A stretch of 64,000 nucleotides of DNA from Thalia democratica (Eukaryota), in contig OZ241827.1 of assembly GCA_965202585.1 (NCBI GenBank), forward strand, positions 60,946,001 to 61,010,000, written 5' to 3'. The translations under genes and the position numbers were made by a program. Each line of letters starts with the position of its first letter. Position 1 is the first letter of the stretch. This document shows positions 50,182 through 62,600 of this stretch, one piece after another. The notes under the pieces were generated by a model that saw nothing but the letters and a program-made list of their open reading frames with translations, ran no database searches and was not told the origin of the DNA.

Positions 50182-52300
50182 ATTTAAATAAACACAAAAA
50201 TTTAATAAATGAAGGTTGATTATAAAAAAAAAAAAGTGACCTAAAACTCTTGTTTAAGCTCGGTTTTTAACAGATGTGATCAATGATAAAAGGGGGTGCC
50301 TACAAATGAAACCGCGACAAGTAGTGATCTGCAACATGCAGACGACTAAAAAATAACATAATTCTATAAAAACGAAGCAGAGTAATTTTTTTGTTGCATC
50401 ACTGTGTTTGTGCATCTTGTTCATAATTTTTAACACGGAACGCACCGTTGGTTTTGTCATAGGTCGCTGGTTATTAATTTAAAAAGTTAAGTGGTAATCA
50501 AAAGAAAAACAAAAACAAGTTTTTAGATAGTGATTTCATTAGGACACAAGTAAGCTATATGTATTTTTTGTAGTGACTAAAAAATAAATGTAAATTTTAA
50601 GAAGGCCCTCAACTTCAGCTAAAAGTCACTAAAACTGCGCCTATGAAAATTTTTAACTTAAAATTTGGCTTGCAAGAACCAATTGCCTGCCGACATCGCT
50701 GTTAGTTGCAAATGATACATTAAAACTATAAAGACGAATATCATGATGTAACACATATATGAACTTTTTGATAACAAATCGTAGTACAAGGGTTTTCAAA
50801 AAAACAAAAAAATTTTTTTGCTAATAAAGAAAAAATGTTTACAATTTCCTGATATTCCATAGTATTTAAGAAAATTTAACAAAAATAAATCTAATTTTTT
50901 CTTAATAATAGTGTACTAGAAATCCAGTGTGTACAGAGTTTTTACTTTTTAGCTGCACACTTTGAACATGTTTAAAAATTCTGTCATAACGAGTGGCAAA
51001 TAGTAGCTGAGATGAATGTTCTGCAAGATGAAGACAGCTTCTGGAGATTTGACAGAAATGCTTGTTACAGGGATTTGTTGCTTTGGAACGTATAATTGGA
51101 GATTGGTGACTTTGGAATTGTTGAATATTTTGTTGTGAAAGTTTTAGTTTATTCAGTTTTTGCCTTGTATAAGTTTTATGTTTATGTTTATTTAATCACT
51201 GTAATTTGTTTTTTCTTTTTATGTTAGTGTCTTTCAGTTTAAGCGGCCTAGGTTTTAATGCCTAGGTCCTTCGTTGGACAATAAACTTAATAATAATAAT
51301 AATAAACAACAATTTTTTCTTAAAATAAAAATAAAAGAATATTAATGCTAACATTGATATAAAAACGTTATATGGTAAGTAACCATGCAAGTAATCTAAT
51401 ATATAAAAAGTAGAAACAGCTTTTTGCATTTTAAAGTAGTATTTCATAACAAAAAATTGTTATAACTAATCCACTTAGAAAACTTGTTAAAACACCAGAA
51501 GTTTTTTTAACTGAAATTTAGCTAATTGGCAGAAGTTAATACCATTTCGTTTAAATTTAGAAGCCACAGAAAACATTTTTTATTGAAGGATAAAAAAAAG
51601 TGCTCAAAAAGTTTGGTCTAAGGACCTTGTGCACAAAGGAACCTATCGGTTATTGAGTCGTACACAACATGCTTATAAAACTTCTTACGAGCTATTACAC
51701 ATAATTTTTCATTATCTAATCAGTTAAATTTTTAGTAATAAAACAATCAATTAAACGAAAGAAAACTAAACAAAAATTAACTGAATTTTGTCTTTAAAAA
51801 TGTACTTAAAAACTTGTCTCATAAATTGAAACTGTATAAATTTTAATTAACTTATAAAAGGAAACCAACAATACTAATAGCAAACATATGAATACTTGAA
51901 TGATAGGTTACAACCTCTTTAAAGAAAGTAAAAGTTTAATGTGCTGAAATGTTTTTTACGTTAAATTTTATCAGTATTTTGTGCTAAGAGTGTAACTTTT
52001 CTATTAAATTTAATAATTCTACTTCAACAGTAAAAACAATTTTACATTTGAATAGATTAATAAACTATTGTATATTTTTTAATAGTTTTAAAGAAGTGAA
52101 CTCTACCATAACTGAACGTTTATAAAGTTAACGTTCTACATTTTTAAAAACTTATTCCATGAGATCATATAAAAAACTACGAAAGAGGCTGAAAAAAAGC
52201 TACAAATGCAAACAAGTAGTAGTTCTTATATTATGACTGCATTCAAAAGGTTTGGAATCTGCATAGTTGATATATATAAACTTATTGTTAAACTTTTATT

Positions 52301-52340
52301 GCGTTACGCCGTTTCCCTGCAGAGCAGTTCATCAGACGCT
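52301..52340 (-). ncRNA. Minimal type-I hammerhead ribozyme in the Penelope 3' pseudo-LTR
   Basis: Minus strand reads AGCGU CUGAUGA A CUGC UCU GCAG G GAAAC GGC GUA ACGC. Stem I is GCGU/ACGC, the core is intact, stem II has 4 bp with an A.G closing mismatch, stem III has 2 bp, and the triplet is GUA. Confidence 0.78.
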
Positions 52341-52785
52341 AAAAAAAGCTGAAAACAAAAGTATACAGGGCGATGAATTGGAAAATAAAAATACACACAT
52401 AATATATAAATGAAAATAATATTTACATTTGAAATATGAGTTTTAAATAATATGTGGTTTACAAAAGTTAAATTTTAAAGTTAAGTTAAATTAAAATGAA
52501 ATATAGGTAAGTTTAGTTTAAATAATTTATTAACTATAGATTTTATATATTTAGAAAATTTATTTATTTATTTATTTACTAAGCATTTAATATATTAGGA
52601 TTTTGAAAAAATGTAAATACTAAGATTTGTAGGGGATTTTTAGAAAACAGAAATGGTCTTTTTACGGGAATGTTGTAACTTTAAAACAAAATCTTTACAC
52701 AATACAAACATAAATACAAAGTAACAATATAATTAAATAGAATGAAATAAACTAAATAAACTAAGTTAATGCGATAAAAAATAAA

Positions 52786-54762
52786 CTAAAAGTATTCCTT
52801 AGGGTAATGAGGGCATTGCGTGACTAGTTCATTTCTTTTATTAAGTATTTTTCTCTGGTTAGCATTTGCTATAAACAGTCTTTCAAGGTTACATATCGAG
52901 CACATGAAGTTTGGTTTAAATCTGCTTTTTGTCTGTCGGAGAATTTTCCATTCAATAGTGGGTTTCTCGCCTTTTTCATATAATTTCCACATGTAGTTGG
53001 CGAGTTGTGTACAGTTGGCGGGTTTCTTCTTGTTTGGTTTTGGAAATGATACTCTATGTTCGTACAATCTGTTTTTGAATGCTCTTCGGGTGGATCCAAT
53101 ATATGACATTCTCTTATTTTTCTCAGATGAGACAATTGCTTCGTATATTACATTTTCTAATTTACATTTATTCATTACTGGACATTGCTCTCTGTTTCTG
53201 CAGTTGCATAGCTTCGGTTCTATTTGTGGTTTTTCTAGCAGTTTCTTATTATGTCCACTTATTAGTGCTTTAATGTTTGGGGAACAGCAGTATGATATCT
53301 TGGTGGAACTTCTATTGAAGATTTTGTGTAATTCTGTTGATTGTGGGAAGTGCTTGTCAAGCAGTTTTAAAAAGAGGTTTCCGAATTTGGTTTTCACTGA
53401 TTCACAGAAAGGTGGGTTGTAAAATATACATTTTCTTTTTCTGTTTTTTGCTTTGTTGTTATTAATTGTTGGGTTATATTCGAGCTTATGATGGAAGTTG
53501 CTTTTGCTTAAAGCGTTTTGGTAGATTTGCTTCGCGTTATCAAATGATTCTTTGCTTTTTGTTAGTTTTGAAATTCTGTTTTCGATCATTTTTGGTATAT
53601 TTTTCTTAATTGTTCTAGGATGGTTAGAATCTTTGTCAATATAGATGGTCTTTGCGTTTGGCTTTACATATGGGCAATAATCATCAGTTAGGAGGTTTAA
53701 ATGTATGTCTAAGAAGTTGGTGGAGGTTTCACCTGCACTAATTGTAATGTCGAATCCTATGTCTGCTAGTTTTTTTGTAATTTTGTTTTTTATTTTGCAA
53801 ATATTACTCTTATTTGTTTGATTGATAACGGCAAGTCCATCATCTCTGTAGAGTCCAATTGACTCAATGTTTATAATCGTAGACAGATGGTGTAATAGGT
53901 ATAAACCTACAAGGTCACATATTTCGGCGCCGTGAAATGATCCCATAGGTACGTCGAAGTTGTCATTGGAGTTGGTTTTTTTCCACATATTATTATCGTA
54001 AAACATTACTGATTTGCATGTGTGTAAAATAGTCTCTATCTCAAACTCTGTGAACCTTGAATAAGAGTTGGAAAAGTTGATTGCATCTATTAAGTGCTTT
54101 CTTTTAATAGTTGGGTAGAAGTTCTTAATGTCAAAATTAACGAAGCATTTGTGGTTTTTGTTGTTGATTTTTTCGAACCAATCTATCACTTCTCCAGAGT
54201 TTTTCCATTGGCTAAGCATGGATTTTTTTCTTATGGTTGTTATGTGTTTTTGTAGGATGGTTCTTGACAGTTTGCCTAAGTGGGTTTTAGATGAATTAAT
54301 TATTCTACAGTTGATATCGTGTGGAAAGTTCGCTTTATGGTCTTTGATAGAAAGGAATGCTTCATTGACTTCATATTTTGGAACTTTTTTGTTCTTTAAA
54401 CTCATTTGTTTACTTAGGATTTGTGCTGCTTCGTTGTTAATGTCATTAATGGTATTTTCGTTGTCAATTGAATATTCGCTAGTTATGCTATTTTTCATTA
54501 GCTTCTTGTATTTATTTGCATTCATATAGTATAAGTTTGATGTTTTATCTGAAAAGACTATAATCATTTTCTTATTTAGTAGCTTTTTTATGTCTTTGTT
54601 TAGAGTCTTTTGGTACTTTGATCTAAATTTTGAGAACTTGAGGTTTCTGATGATTTCGTATAGGTCGTTTTCAAAGGCTTTGAGTTTGTCTGATTCAGGT
54701 GCTGATCTTCGGCTGTTGTAAATATTGGCAAATTCATCAGGTGGTTGGGTTGCTTCGTCTCT
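52786..54762 (-). CDS. Penelope-like RT-GIY-YIG polyprotein (593 aa from the first Met; frame open a further 65 codons to the TSD)
   Basis: RT motifs FSDKT, FDIKNFYPTI, PMGSFHGAEICDLVG, YRDDGL, TNFLDI and SNHP. Linker CNCRNREQCPVMNKC. Endonuclease VIY...YIGST...FKNRLYEH. C-terminal CSIC...CPH. The upstream frame reads RDEATQPPDEFANIYNSRRSAPESDKLKAFENDLYEIIRNLKF... Confidence 0.93.
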   Translation of the reverse strand, partial: RDEATQPPDEFANIYNSRRSAPESDKLKAFENDLYEIIRNLKFSKFRSKYQKTLNKDIKKLLNKKMIIVFSDKTSNLYYMNANKYKKLMKNSITSEYSIDNENTINDINNEAAQILSKQMSLKNKKVPKYEVNEAFLSIKDHKANFPHDINCRIINSSKTHLGKLSRTILQKHITTIRKKSMLSQWKNSGEVIDWFEKINNKNHKCFVNFDIKNFYPTIKRKHLIDAINFSNSYSRFTEFEIETILHTCKSVMFYDNNMWKKTNSNDNFDVPMGSFHGAEICDLVGLYLLHHLSTIINIESIGLYRDDGLAVINQTNKSNICKIKNKITKKLADIGFDITISAGETSTNFLDIHLNLLTDDYCPYVKPNAKTIYIDKDSNHPRTIKKNIPKMIENRISKLTKSKESFDNAKQIYQNALSKSNFHHKLEYNPTINNNKAKNRKRKCIFYNPPFCESVKTKFGNLFLKLLDKHFPQSTELHKIFNRSSTKISYCCSPNIKALISGHNKKLLEKPQIEPKLCNCRNREQCPVMNKCKLENVIYEAIVSSEKNKRMSYIGSTRRAFKNRLYEHRVSFPKPNKKKPANCTQLANYMWKLYEKGEKPTIEWKILRQTKSRFKPNFMCSICNLERLFIANANQRKILNKRNELVTQCPHYPKEYF

Positions 54763-55612
54763 TAGTTGATATATATATATACAGATATGTTATTCTTAAA
54801 AGTCGTACATAAAATAATTCGGATGGACGGTGATTCAAATTCTTCTAATTCCGAATTATTTACATTTTTAATAAACACTTTTTTCAGTTTAAATTACCTT
54901 CATAGTAGTATTAGTTATATTTTCAAAGGCATTTTTTAAAATTAATTTTTTAGGTTTAGCTAGTACAATTTTTAAAAGTTATCAAAAATGGCTTTTTTTA
55001 AGTAACTATGAAATCTAATTTTTAGCATCAAAATTTTATTAATCAAACCACTATTATTTTATGAGTTCCAAATAACTTAATAGATGTCTTTAACGGTTTT
55101 CAAGTTGCTTTCAACCAGTTAATGTAAAAAGTTATTTACTTATTTGAAAAATTTTCTTGTACATATTGAGACTTTACTCAGAACTATAACTTATTTAACG
55201 AATAAAAACTTGAATAAAGATTGAAACTATAACTATTTTTAAGAAAAAACTAACAAACTTGAAATTAGTAGTATTTAGAATTTTTGATAAAATATTTTAC
55301 TATTTTAGATTTCATATCGTTATGTGTATGTACTACAAAAATAAAAAGAAGCAATAATTGTAAATTTTGCAATAAATATAGACTTTGGTAGAAAATGGAA
55401 GGTAAAAACTTTCATTTATTAACATTGTCAACGTTTGTACTTTTAAAAGGTATACTTTGTATAAAATCTAGTTAAACAAAAAAAAAAAAAAAAGCTTTTA
55501 TGATCTTGAAATTATAGTTTAAATAACATTAATAGATACTACTCTAAATAAAGTACAAAGCTTATAAATTAACATAAAAATCTTTGAACTTCTTTGATGA
55601 AACAATTACACC

Positions 55613-56280
55613 TAGGTTGTTGCAACGAAAAGTGAAATGATTTATCACACGCCTTACAATGGTCGACCAACGGAAAGCGCGCTAAAACTTCATTCTGTCC
55701 TCAGGCTATATACAGATTTCACTAATTCAACAAGTAAGCAAGTATTTTATTGAAAAAGAGTTTTTGTGACTGTATCTTATTTTTTAAACTGTATTGAAAA
55801 CTTGAATGCGAATAAAAAAAAATTGTTCAAAAACACCATGATTTTGACGCTTTATTTCAATTGAAGTAACTTTAAAAAACTTAAAATACTTTCAAATTAA
55901 AATTAATTAAACTTTTTTCATAATTAAAAAAACTGATGTTACTAAGTTTGGTTAATTGTACTTCTTTAAATAATAAAGCTTAGGTTGTTGCAACAAAAGT
56001 TGAAACAAAATAAACTGTAACACGCCTATAATCTTCAACCAACGGAATTTGAATGAGCGCGCTAAAATTTCACTTTATTTTGACCCCAGGCTAAATGCAG
56101 GCTGGCATCAAACTAAATCTTAAAGTAGCAAAATAGTTTATTGGAAACGAACTTTTGTGATTGTATTTTATTTTTTTGAAACTTGACTGAACACTTGAAT
56201 GTGAATAGAAAAAGAAAATTTCAATCGAAAACAACATGACTTAAACTTTTTTAGACACTTGATTTCAATTAACTAACTTG
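55613..56280. repeat. Diverged tandem duplication (offset 368 bp)
   Basis: taggttgttgcaac at 55613 and 55981, with shared acacgcct, ccaacgga, gcgcgctaaaa, caggcta, tttttgtga..tgtat and acttgaatg.gaata. Confidence 0.8.
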
Positions 56281-56698
56281 AAAATAATGAAAATACTTCC
56301 TAATAAAAATTATTCACTTTTTTTCTAGTAATAGCTGATTTTACCATGTTTGGATAATTTTATAAAACTGCATTACGACAAATTAAAGCAATGACTGCAA
56401 AAAAGTGTGTATTTTTGTATGGATTGTTGGTAGTTTGGACGTGCAGGAGTTATATGCGACAACATTAATCAAAGTAATAAAACATGATTCAAAAATAGTA
56501 CGGTCAAAAAGTTCAAAAATGATAGTTCAGATTATAAAAAAATTGTTTGTGATTTTAAGCAATAAACTTGATCATGGAAAATATTAAAAACTTCTTAATG
56601 TAAGTAAAGTTGATTTATATCTTGAAATAAAACGCTTTTATAGCAAGATCGTTTGATTACAAAGTTATTGAAAATCAAACTTTTTAAACCATTCTTAT

Positions 56699-59600
56699 TT
56701 ATATGGCTCCGTGCTTTCTACCGACTTCAATGAAGCTGTCAACCGCATAATCGATATCCTCGATCGAGTGACTAGTCGATATCTGCACTCGGATCCTCGC
56801 TTTTCCGTGCGCCACCACCGGATAACTGAACGCAATCACGTATATGCCTGTGTGTGATAAAAATATTAGTTAGATAAGTACAGAATGTTTTTCAGAAATT
56901 GTATAGCTTTTGATTTGTACTTGTGAAGTTTATCAAAGAGAAAATCAATCCTTTTATGAATAAAAGCCATCAATTTTAATGAGTTTTCAGCTTTTCTTAA
57001 TTAAGCAGTGTTGTAAAAACCAATTTTATTTATGGAAAATTTTATGTGAAGTATTGTACGTTTTAAAAGTTATAAATAAAAAAAAATAAAAAACTAAATT
57101 CTAACAAAGTTTTAAACTTGTACAAAGTGTTTAAAACATTATTAGACAGTCTTTATTGAAGAATAAAAATATACTTTTCGAAGTTGAAATAATATATTTT
57201 TAGGGTAGTAGAAAACTAAATATCATTTAGCAAGTTACAAGAAAAATAACTTAATTATAAAATTTTAATTTCATGGTTAAAATAGCTAAATCGAACTAAA
57301 TTCAAATAAATAAAAAACAATTTTTTTTTTTAGTTTTGTATGTGCAGTGCTATAGTAATTGCGACATTTATCCGAAAAAATTAAAAACAAAGTAAGTTAG
57401 ACGAAAAAGTAAAAAACGTAAAAGTTATTGCAATGTACAAACATGCTACAATCATATGATCAACCACAATTTTTTGGCGGTTAGATCAAATTTGAAAGTA
57501 AAGATGGAAATTTTTATCAAGTTTACCAAGAACTTTGTCTTATAAAAAATCATAACACAAAATTTACAACCTTGTTGTTACTTTATTAAGCTTAATGCAC
57601 ATAAATTTTTTTGTTGTTTTAATTTTTTAGTTGATGTTTATCTTAATTTATAGTTTTTATTATCAACACTTCATTTTACTATAAAAATATTTTTATTTAT
57701 TTACTTTGAAAAAAGTATAAAATCTTAGATATGAAGTAAATTGCATTGTTGTAAAAAGCATGATGTTTTCTTTACACAACATAAAATGTTGTTTCCCTTT
57801 AAAACTAAGTAAGATTGAGTATAATAAACATTATTGTTTTTACTTTGAACTAACCTTCAAAATCTTTAAGCAAAGATTAAATTTACACAAAGTTATAGAT
57901 AAAAATTAAAAATTATATGGTGTGTAGTAGATAAAATAATCACTAAAACAGCTTTAGCTAAATTTTTATTAGCTATCAAATATTAATAGAAATGCAGTTA
58001 TAATCATAGATTTATCATTTTAATAAATAATTATTATTTGTAAGGTAATTATGACATTAAAATCATAAGTTTTTCCTTATTTACCTAAATCAACGCTTTG
58101 ATATCTAAAATTCTTTATTTTAACTTTAGGTAAGAAAATAAATTTTGATAGTTTATAGAAAACTTTCGACAAACAAGTTAGTAAAAAATAAAACCATACT
58201 TTATTCACATCTAGTTCTTAGGTATGTATTCTATGTAAATTGTTTTGAATGAATTTACATAGTTCAACAAAACTGTATATTTATGCTAATTTTAAGTAAG
58301 TTTATTCTCTAACTTTTATAGACTAAAATTTTTACGAACAAATCATTCAAAACATTGTGGAAATAATAAAAATAAAATTTTCACAGCATTTTTGTGAATA
58401 ATTGTTAGAATATAATAAAAACATAAACACTATTCAACTTGCTATAACTTTTGATACACCTAAAATCTTTCTCAGACAACTAATATTTTTGTAATAAACT
58501 TTTAAAAACTCATAAGAGTAGTTTCCAAAGTAAGGGGGCTTATAAAAATTACTAATTATAAAAATTAGGCTGATTAAATCTTTTTATATTATATAAAGTA
58601 CATGTCAGACTTGCAGAAAGTGTAAAATTTTTCTATTCTTCTTTTTTTCACATCTCACATTCAACTTTTTACACCATTACATTAACTCTAATCCTAAAAA
58701 ACTACCTATACAAAACTTGTAAACTTAAACTCCCAAACTATAGTCTTAAATTTTTTACTTTAACCATTTTAAATAAACTTTCAAATACAATTTTCATCTC
58801 CATATCTTACCACTTTTACCCACTTTTTAAATCTTAGTGCTTAAAATCACCAGCACTTAATCTATAATCATAATTCTAAATGTTTACCACTAACATCATC
58901 AAGACACACTTAACTTTAAGAGATCATGTTCAAAATTACCCTTGAAGACATATAGATTTACTTGAACAAAAACAGATGTTTTCAGAACTACAAACCAGTA
59001 AAAAGGATATAATGTGAAATAAAAAAAAATTATTAAACATTTTCATTCCAGGACTTTTCACTATAAAAAACAGCTCCTTAAAATGAATTCAATTCGAATA
59101 TAGCTGACTCTATATCTAACAAGCAATTTATTCAAACTTTGTAACCATAAACGTTTGTCAGTCATAAACGATGAAACGTTTTAACAAGATAACAAACCTT
59201 TCTTGAGCAGGTCGTTGGAGACGTCGGTGGCCAGCTTGGCGTCCCCGAACATCACGGGGCAAATGGGGTGGTCGTCTCCGCTCAACCGGAACCCAACGCC
59301 GGTCATGCGTGACCGGAAATGGCGCGTTTTCATCATGATGTCCTCCACGAGCGTGGTGTCGCCTGCGTGGAAAAATTTTATATAAATACTAAATAAAAAT
59401 AAAAATATAAATTTTATATAAACTTTCTCAAGAGACAAGTTCATACAGCTAAGATGGTGTGCGTTATCAGGTTTTCGGTGGAAGTGAAAATTATATATAC
59501 ACAAATGATGAAACTACGTAGAAATTAGCAAAACCAAGTTGATTTTATTCGTTTTCCACTTAGCTATACGGCTTATCTAAATTGTCTCAAAATGTTTTAA

Positions 59601-62600
59601 CTAAATTAGGAAAACTTAATCAGTACAGTTCGATTCACACCTCATTGAGCGTTGCAAGGTTTTTTGTTAACCCACTATAAACTCACAGCATTATTCAACC
59701 AATTCAAGCGTTTATTTATCAACTTATAATCAATCGAACCTGACGAAAGTAGCGAGAATGCCTGGCTGGCGCAAGCGACCACCGGTGGCGGCAGTGAGTT
59801 GCTGAAGAGGTACGGACGCGATCGGTTTCTCAACAGGTCGATGATCGGCTTAGATGCTGCAGTGTACCCGCCTGTAAGGGTGAAATTAATTTGGAAAATG
59901 CACAATGAATTAAATTTATCCTTTTAAGTGTTTGTTGAGTTATTTTTTTTTTCAATTTAAATTAGCTAACAAAGGCAAAAGCCAGTGTACAAAATTACCT
60001 AATCAGGTTGTTTATTTTTAGAAGTTTATAGATTTATAAAAACTAACAACACATAAGTAAGAATAATTAATTAAAATTAAATGTATTTACTCACCAGCAG
60101 CGCCACCCAATGCTTTACCGAGAGTAGAATTCACAATTGCAACCCGGTCCATCACTCCAAACAATTCGTCAGTACCTCTGTCGTATATTAATACTGTAAA
60201 CTTACAGAAATTATACAAAAAGTTTGGCGTAACTCTACCGATGTTTAACGTCAGAATTAGCCTGAAACAGTCGTAGTTTATGAGAATCTTGAAAAAAAAA
60301 ATAGTATGATCAAAAACTGCAAATTTTTAAATATTAAAAAGATCATAATCATATCAAAAGAACTTAAGATATAGTCAGAAAATATAATTTTCCGGAAAAA
60401 GATATTGATATTAAAGTCATAAAAGCTAGTCTAAGACTAAAAAAAAAGAAATGAACACTAGCTTCAGTTTTGCCAAAACACTTACAAGATTAAAGTTCTC
60501 AGATAACCTCAAAAAGTTTAAAAATAAGCTGACTTAGCCTGAGTTTTTCAAAAACTTTATAACAGCCTAAAATACCCTGATACATAATTACTTGATCCAA
60601 AAACTTTAAAATTTCAATACATGATCAATCGAGCTATTTACACGATATATTGATATTCAACACTCTTCATACTCACGTTACTATTTACCGTCACTTATCA
60701 GACTTTTACCTACAAATATCAAAAAAAAAATTTAAAACCTGCCGGTAGCTCCCAAGAAGCCGGTGGCGTGGCACTCGTCGATGAACACCAGCGCGTCGTA
60801 CTTGTCGGCCAGGTTGCAAATATCGAGCAGCGGGGCGACGTCCCCGTCCATGCTGAACACACCGTCCGTCACTATCAGCCGGTTCCTGCACCGCTGTTTG
60901 CGTTTAGGTTTGTTAGTACAGTGCTTGTTCACTTATCCGGACTTCACTTATCCGTACAAGTAAAAAAATTTAGGTTTATTAGTACAATGCTTATTCACTT
61001 ATCCGTACTTCACTTATCCGGACGCTAACTTATTCGGACAAGTAAAAGAATTTAGGTTTATTAGTACAGTGCTTATTCACTTATCCGTCCGTCACTATCA
61101 GCCGGTTCCTGCATCGCTGTTTGTTCAAGTTGATAGTTGGTATTTCATTACGATGCTGCTCGAATATGATGTAATATAACTGGTCGTAAAAATGTGTTCA
61201 ATTTAATTTTGAGCACCTTTACAAAGACACTTACAGGACTTTTTGATAAAATGGTAATTTGTGCAGTATTTTGGGTTTGGAAGAATAAGACTTTAAAGTC
61301 CAAAACTATGAAAATAATAGCTAGAATAGCAAATCTGCCCATTAATTCTGATACCTGAGTTTTAGTCAGTGCCTAGTCGTTGATATTAGTTTTAATTTAA
61401 AAGTGAAGCTTATGTAAACGTAAACCAGCAAATGTGTAAAACAGATCAATTAATACTAAACAAAAATAAATACGAACACAGTTAAAAATTCTGAAGTAAA
61501 TGTTACCTCTGAATAGTAATGAGCTAAGAAATAACTACCAAGTTAGAACAACAAAATTTTTAAATTTAAAATTAAAAGAACAACAACTAGTAAAAACATT
61601 AAAAGCTTCCATGAAACACATACAACTTTTATAATTAACAAACATGCAACCTGGGCATCCTGCAACTTCAGTTCGAGGTCGTTGAGGTCGAGGTGCTTGT
61701 AACGGTACTTGTTCGCCTTGCACAACCTGATTCCGTCGATTATCGACGCGTGGTTCAGCTCGTCCGACAGCACCGCGTCTTCCTGTGACGTAACAATTAT
61801 GACGTAACACTTTTTTTTACTTTAATCTATTACTAGTATAAAAACTTAATTTATATTACTAAACACAATTGTTTAAAATAGTTGAGCACCAAGTAAAAAC
61901 ACTATAACCAGAAGATTTATAATAAAACGAATGCACTGTTGTGTTTTATTAAAATTTAAAATGAAATTAAAATTCAAACAAAACAGCCAAGTTGTTGAAC
62001 TAAACTTTATGTTAAAACTGCATTTTTTTATGAATTTTATTTATTATGACATATATAATCTACTCAAAACAAAATAATAAAGATTCTTAAAATTTTTTTA
62101 GAGATTCAGCAAAAGGTTTTAAGCATTTATTTTTACAAATACTGACTGATTTTAATAACTATATCTTTATTTAGAAATAAATTCACATCTCAGTTTGATC
62201 TTAAAAAGTTTTCTCAATTTTTTTTATAAACAATTTTCAAGCATTTGAACTGATAAAAACTGAGATTCTCAAACTTTTAAATAAAAAAACTGATTTAGCC
62301 TGACGTTTTTCAATTTTTTTCAATAAAACTGATTTAGCTTGACTTAGCCTGACGCATACGAACCCTGAAGGTTATTAATTATTAATGCGTATAATAATAA
62401 GAATTAAGACGTAAAAGTTTTTTTTTTCCATGCCAATACTAACTTGAATACCTTGGCTTGCCATCATCAATGTCATGAAACTAGGTATGTGTGTACATTT
62501 TTATAAAACGTGTTATTGATTTAAATCACTTTATAGACATAAATAACTTCTATATGACTAAATATTGACTTTTAAGGTAAAAGTACATGTGGTTCTTAAA

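Larger units (their letters stand above)
52279..54762 (-). mobile_element. 5'-truncated Penelope-like retroelement (RT + C-terminal GIY-YIG) with a 3' hammerhead
   Basis: Flanked by the 15-bp direct repeat tagttgatatatata (52264-52278, 54763-54777). Long ORF, ~500-nt 3' region, hammerhead followed by AATAAA just before the 3' junction. Confidence 0.93.

Noticed and set aside
50254-51140. 68-aa minus ORF (50254-50460) and a GC-richer patch at ~50990-51140
   Set aside because: No motif, splice signals or repeat partner identified; cannot support a call.
52869-54529. Alternative-frame and antisense ORFs inside the Penelope element
   Set aside because: By-products of the long, strand-biased RT ORF; no independent motifs.
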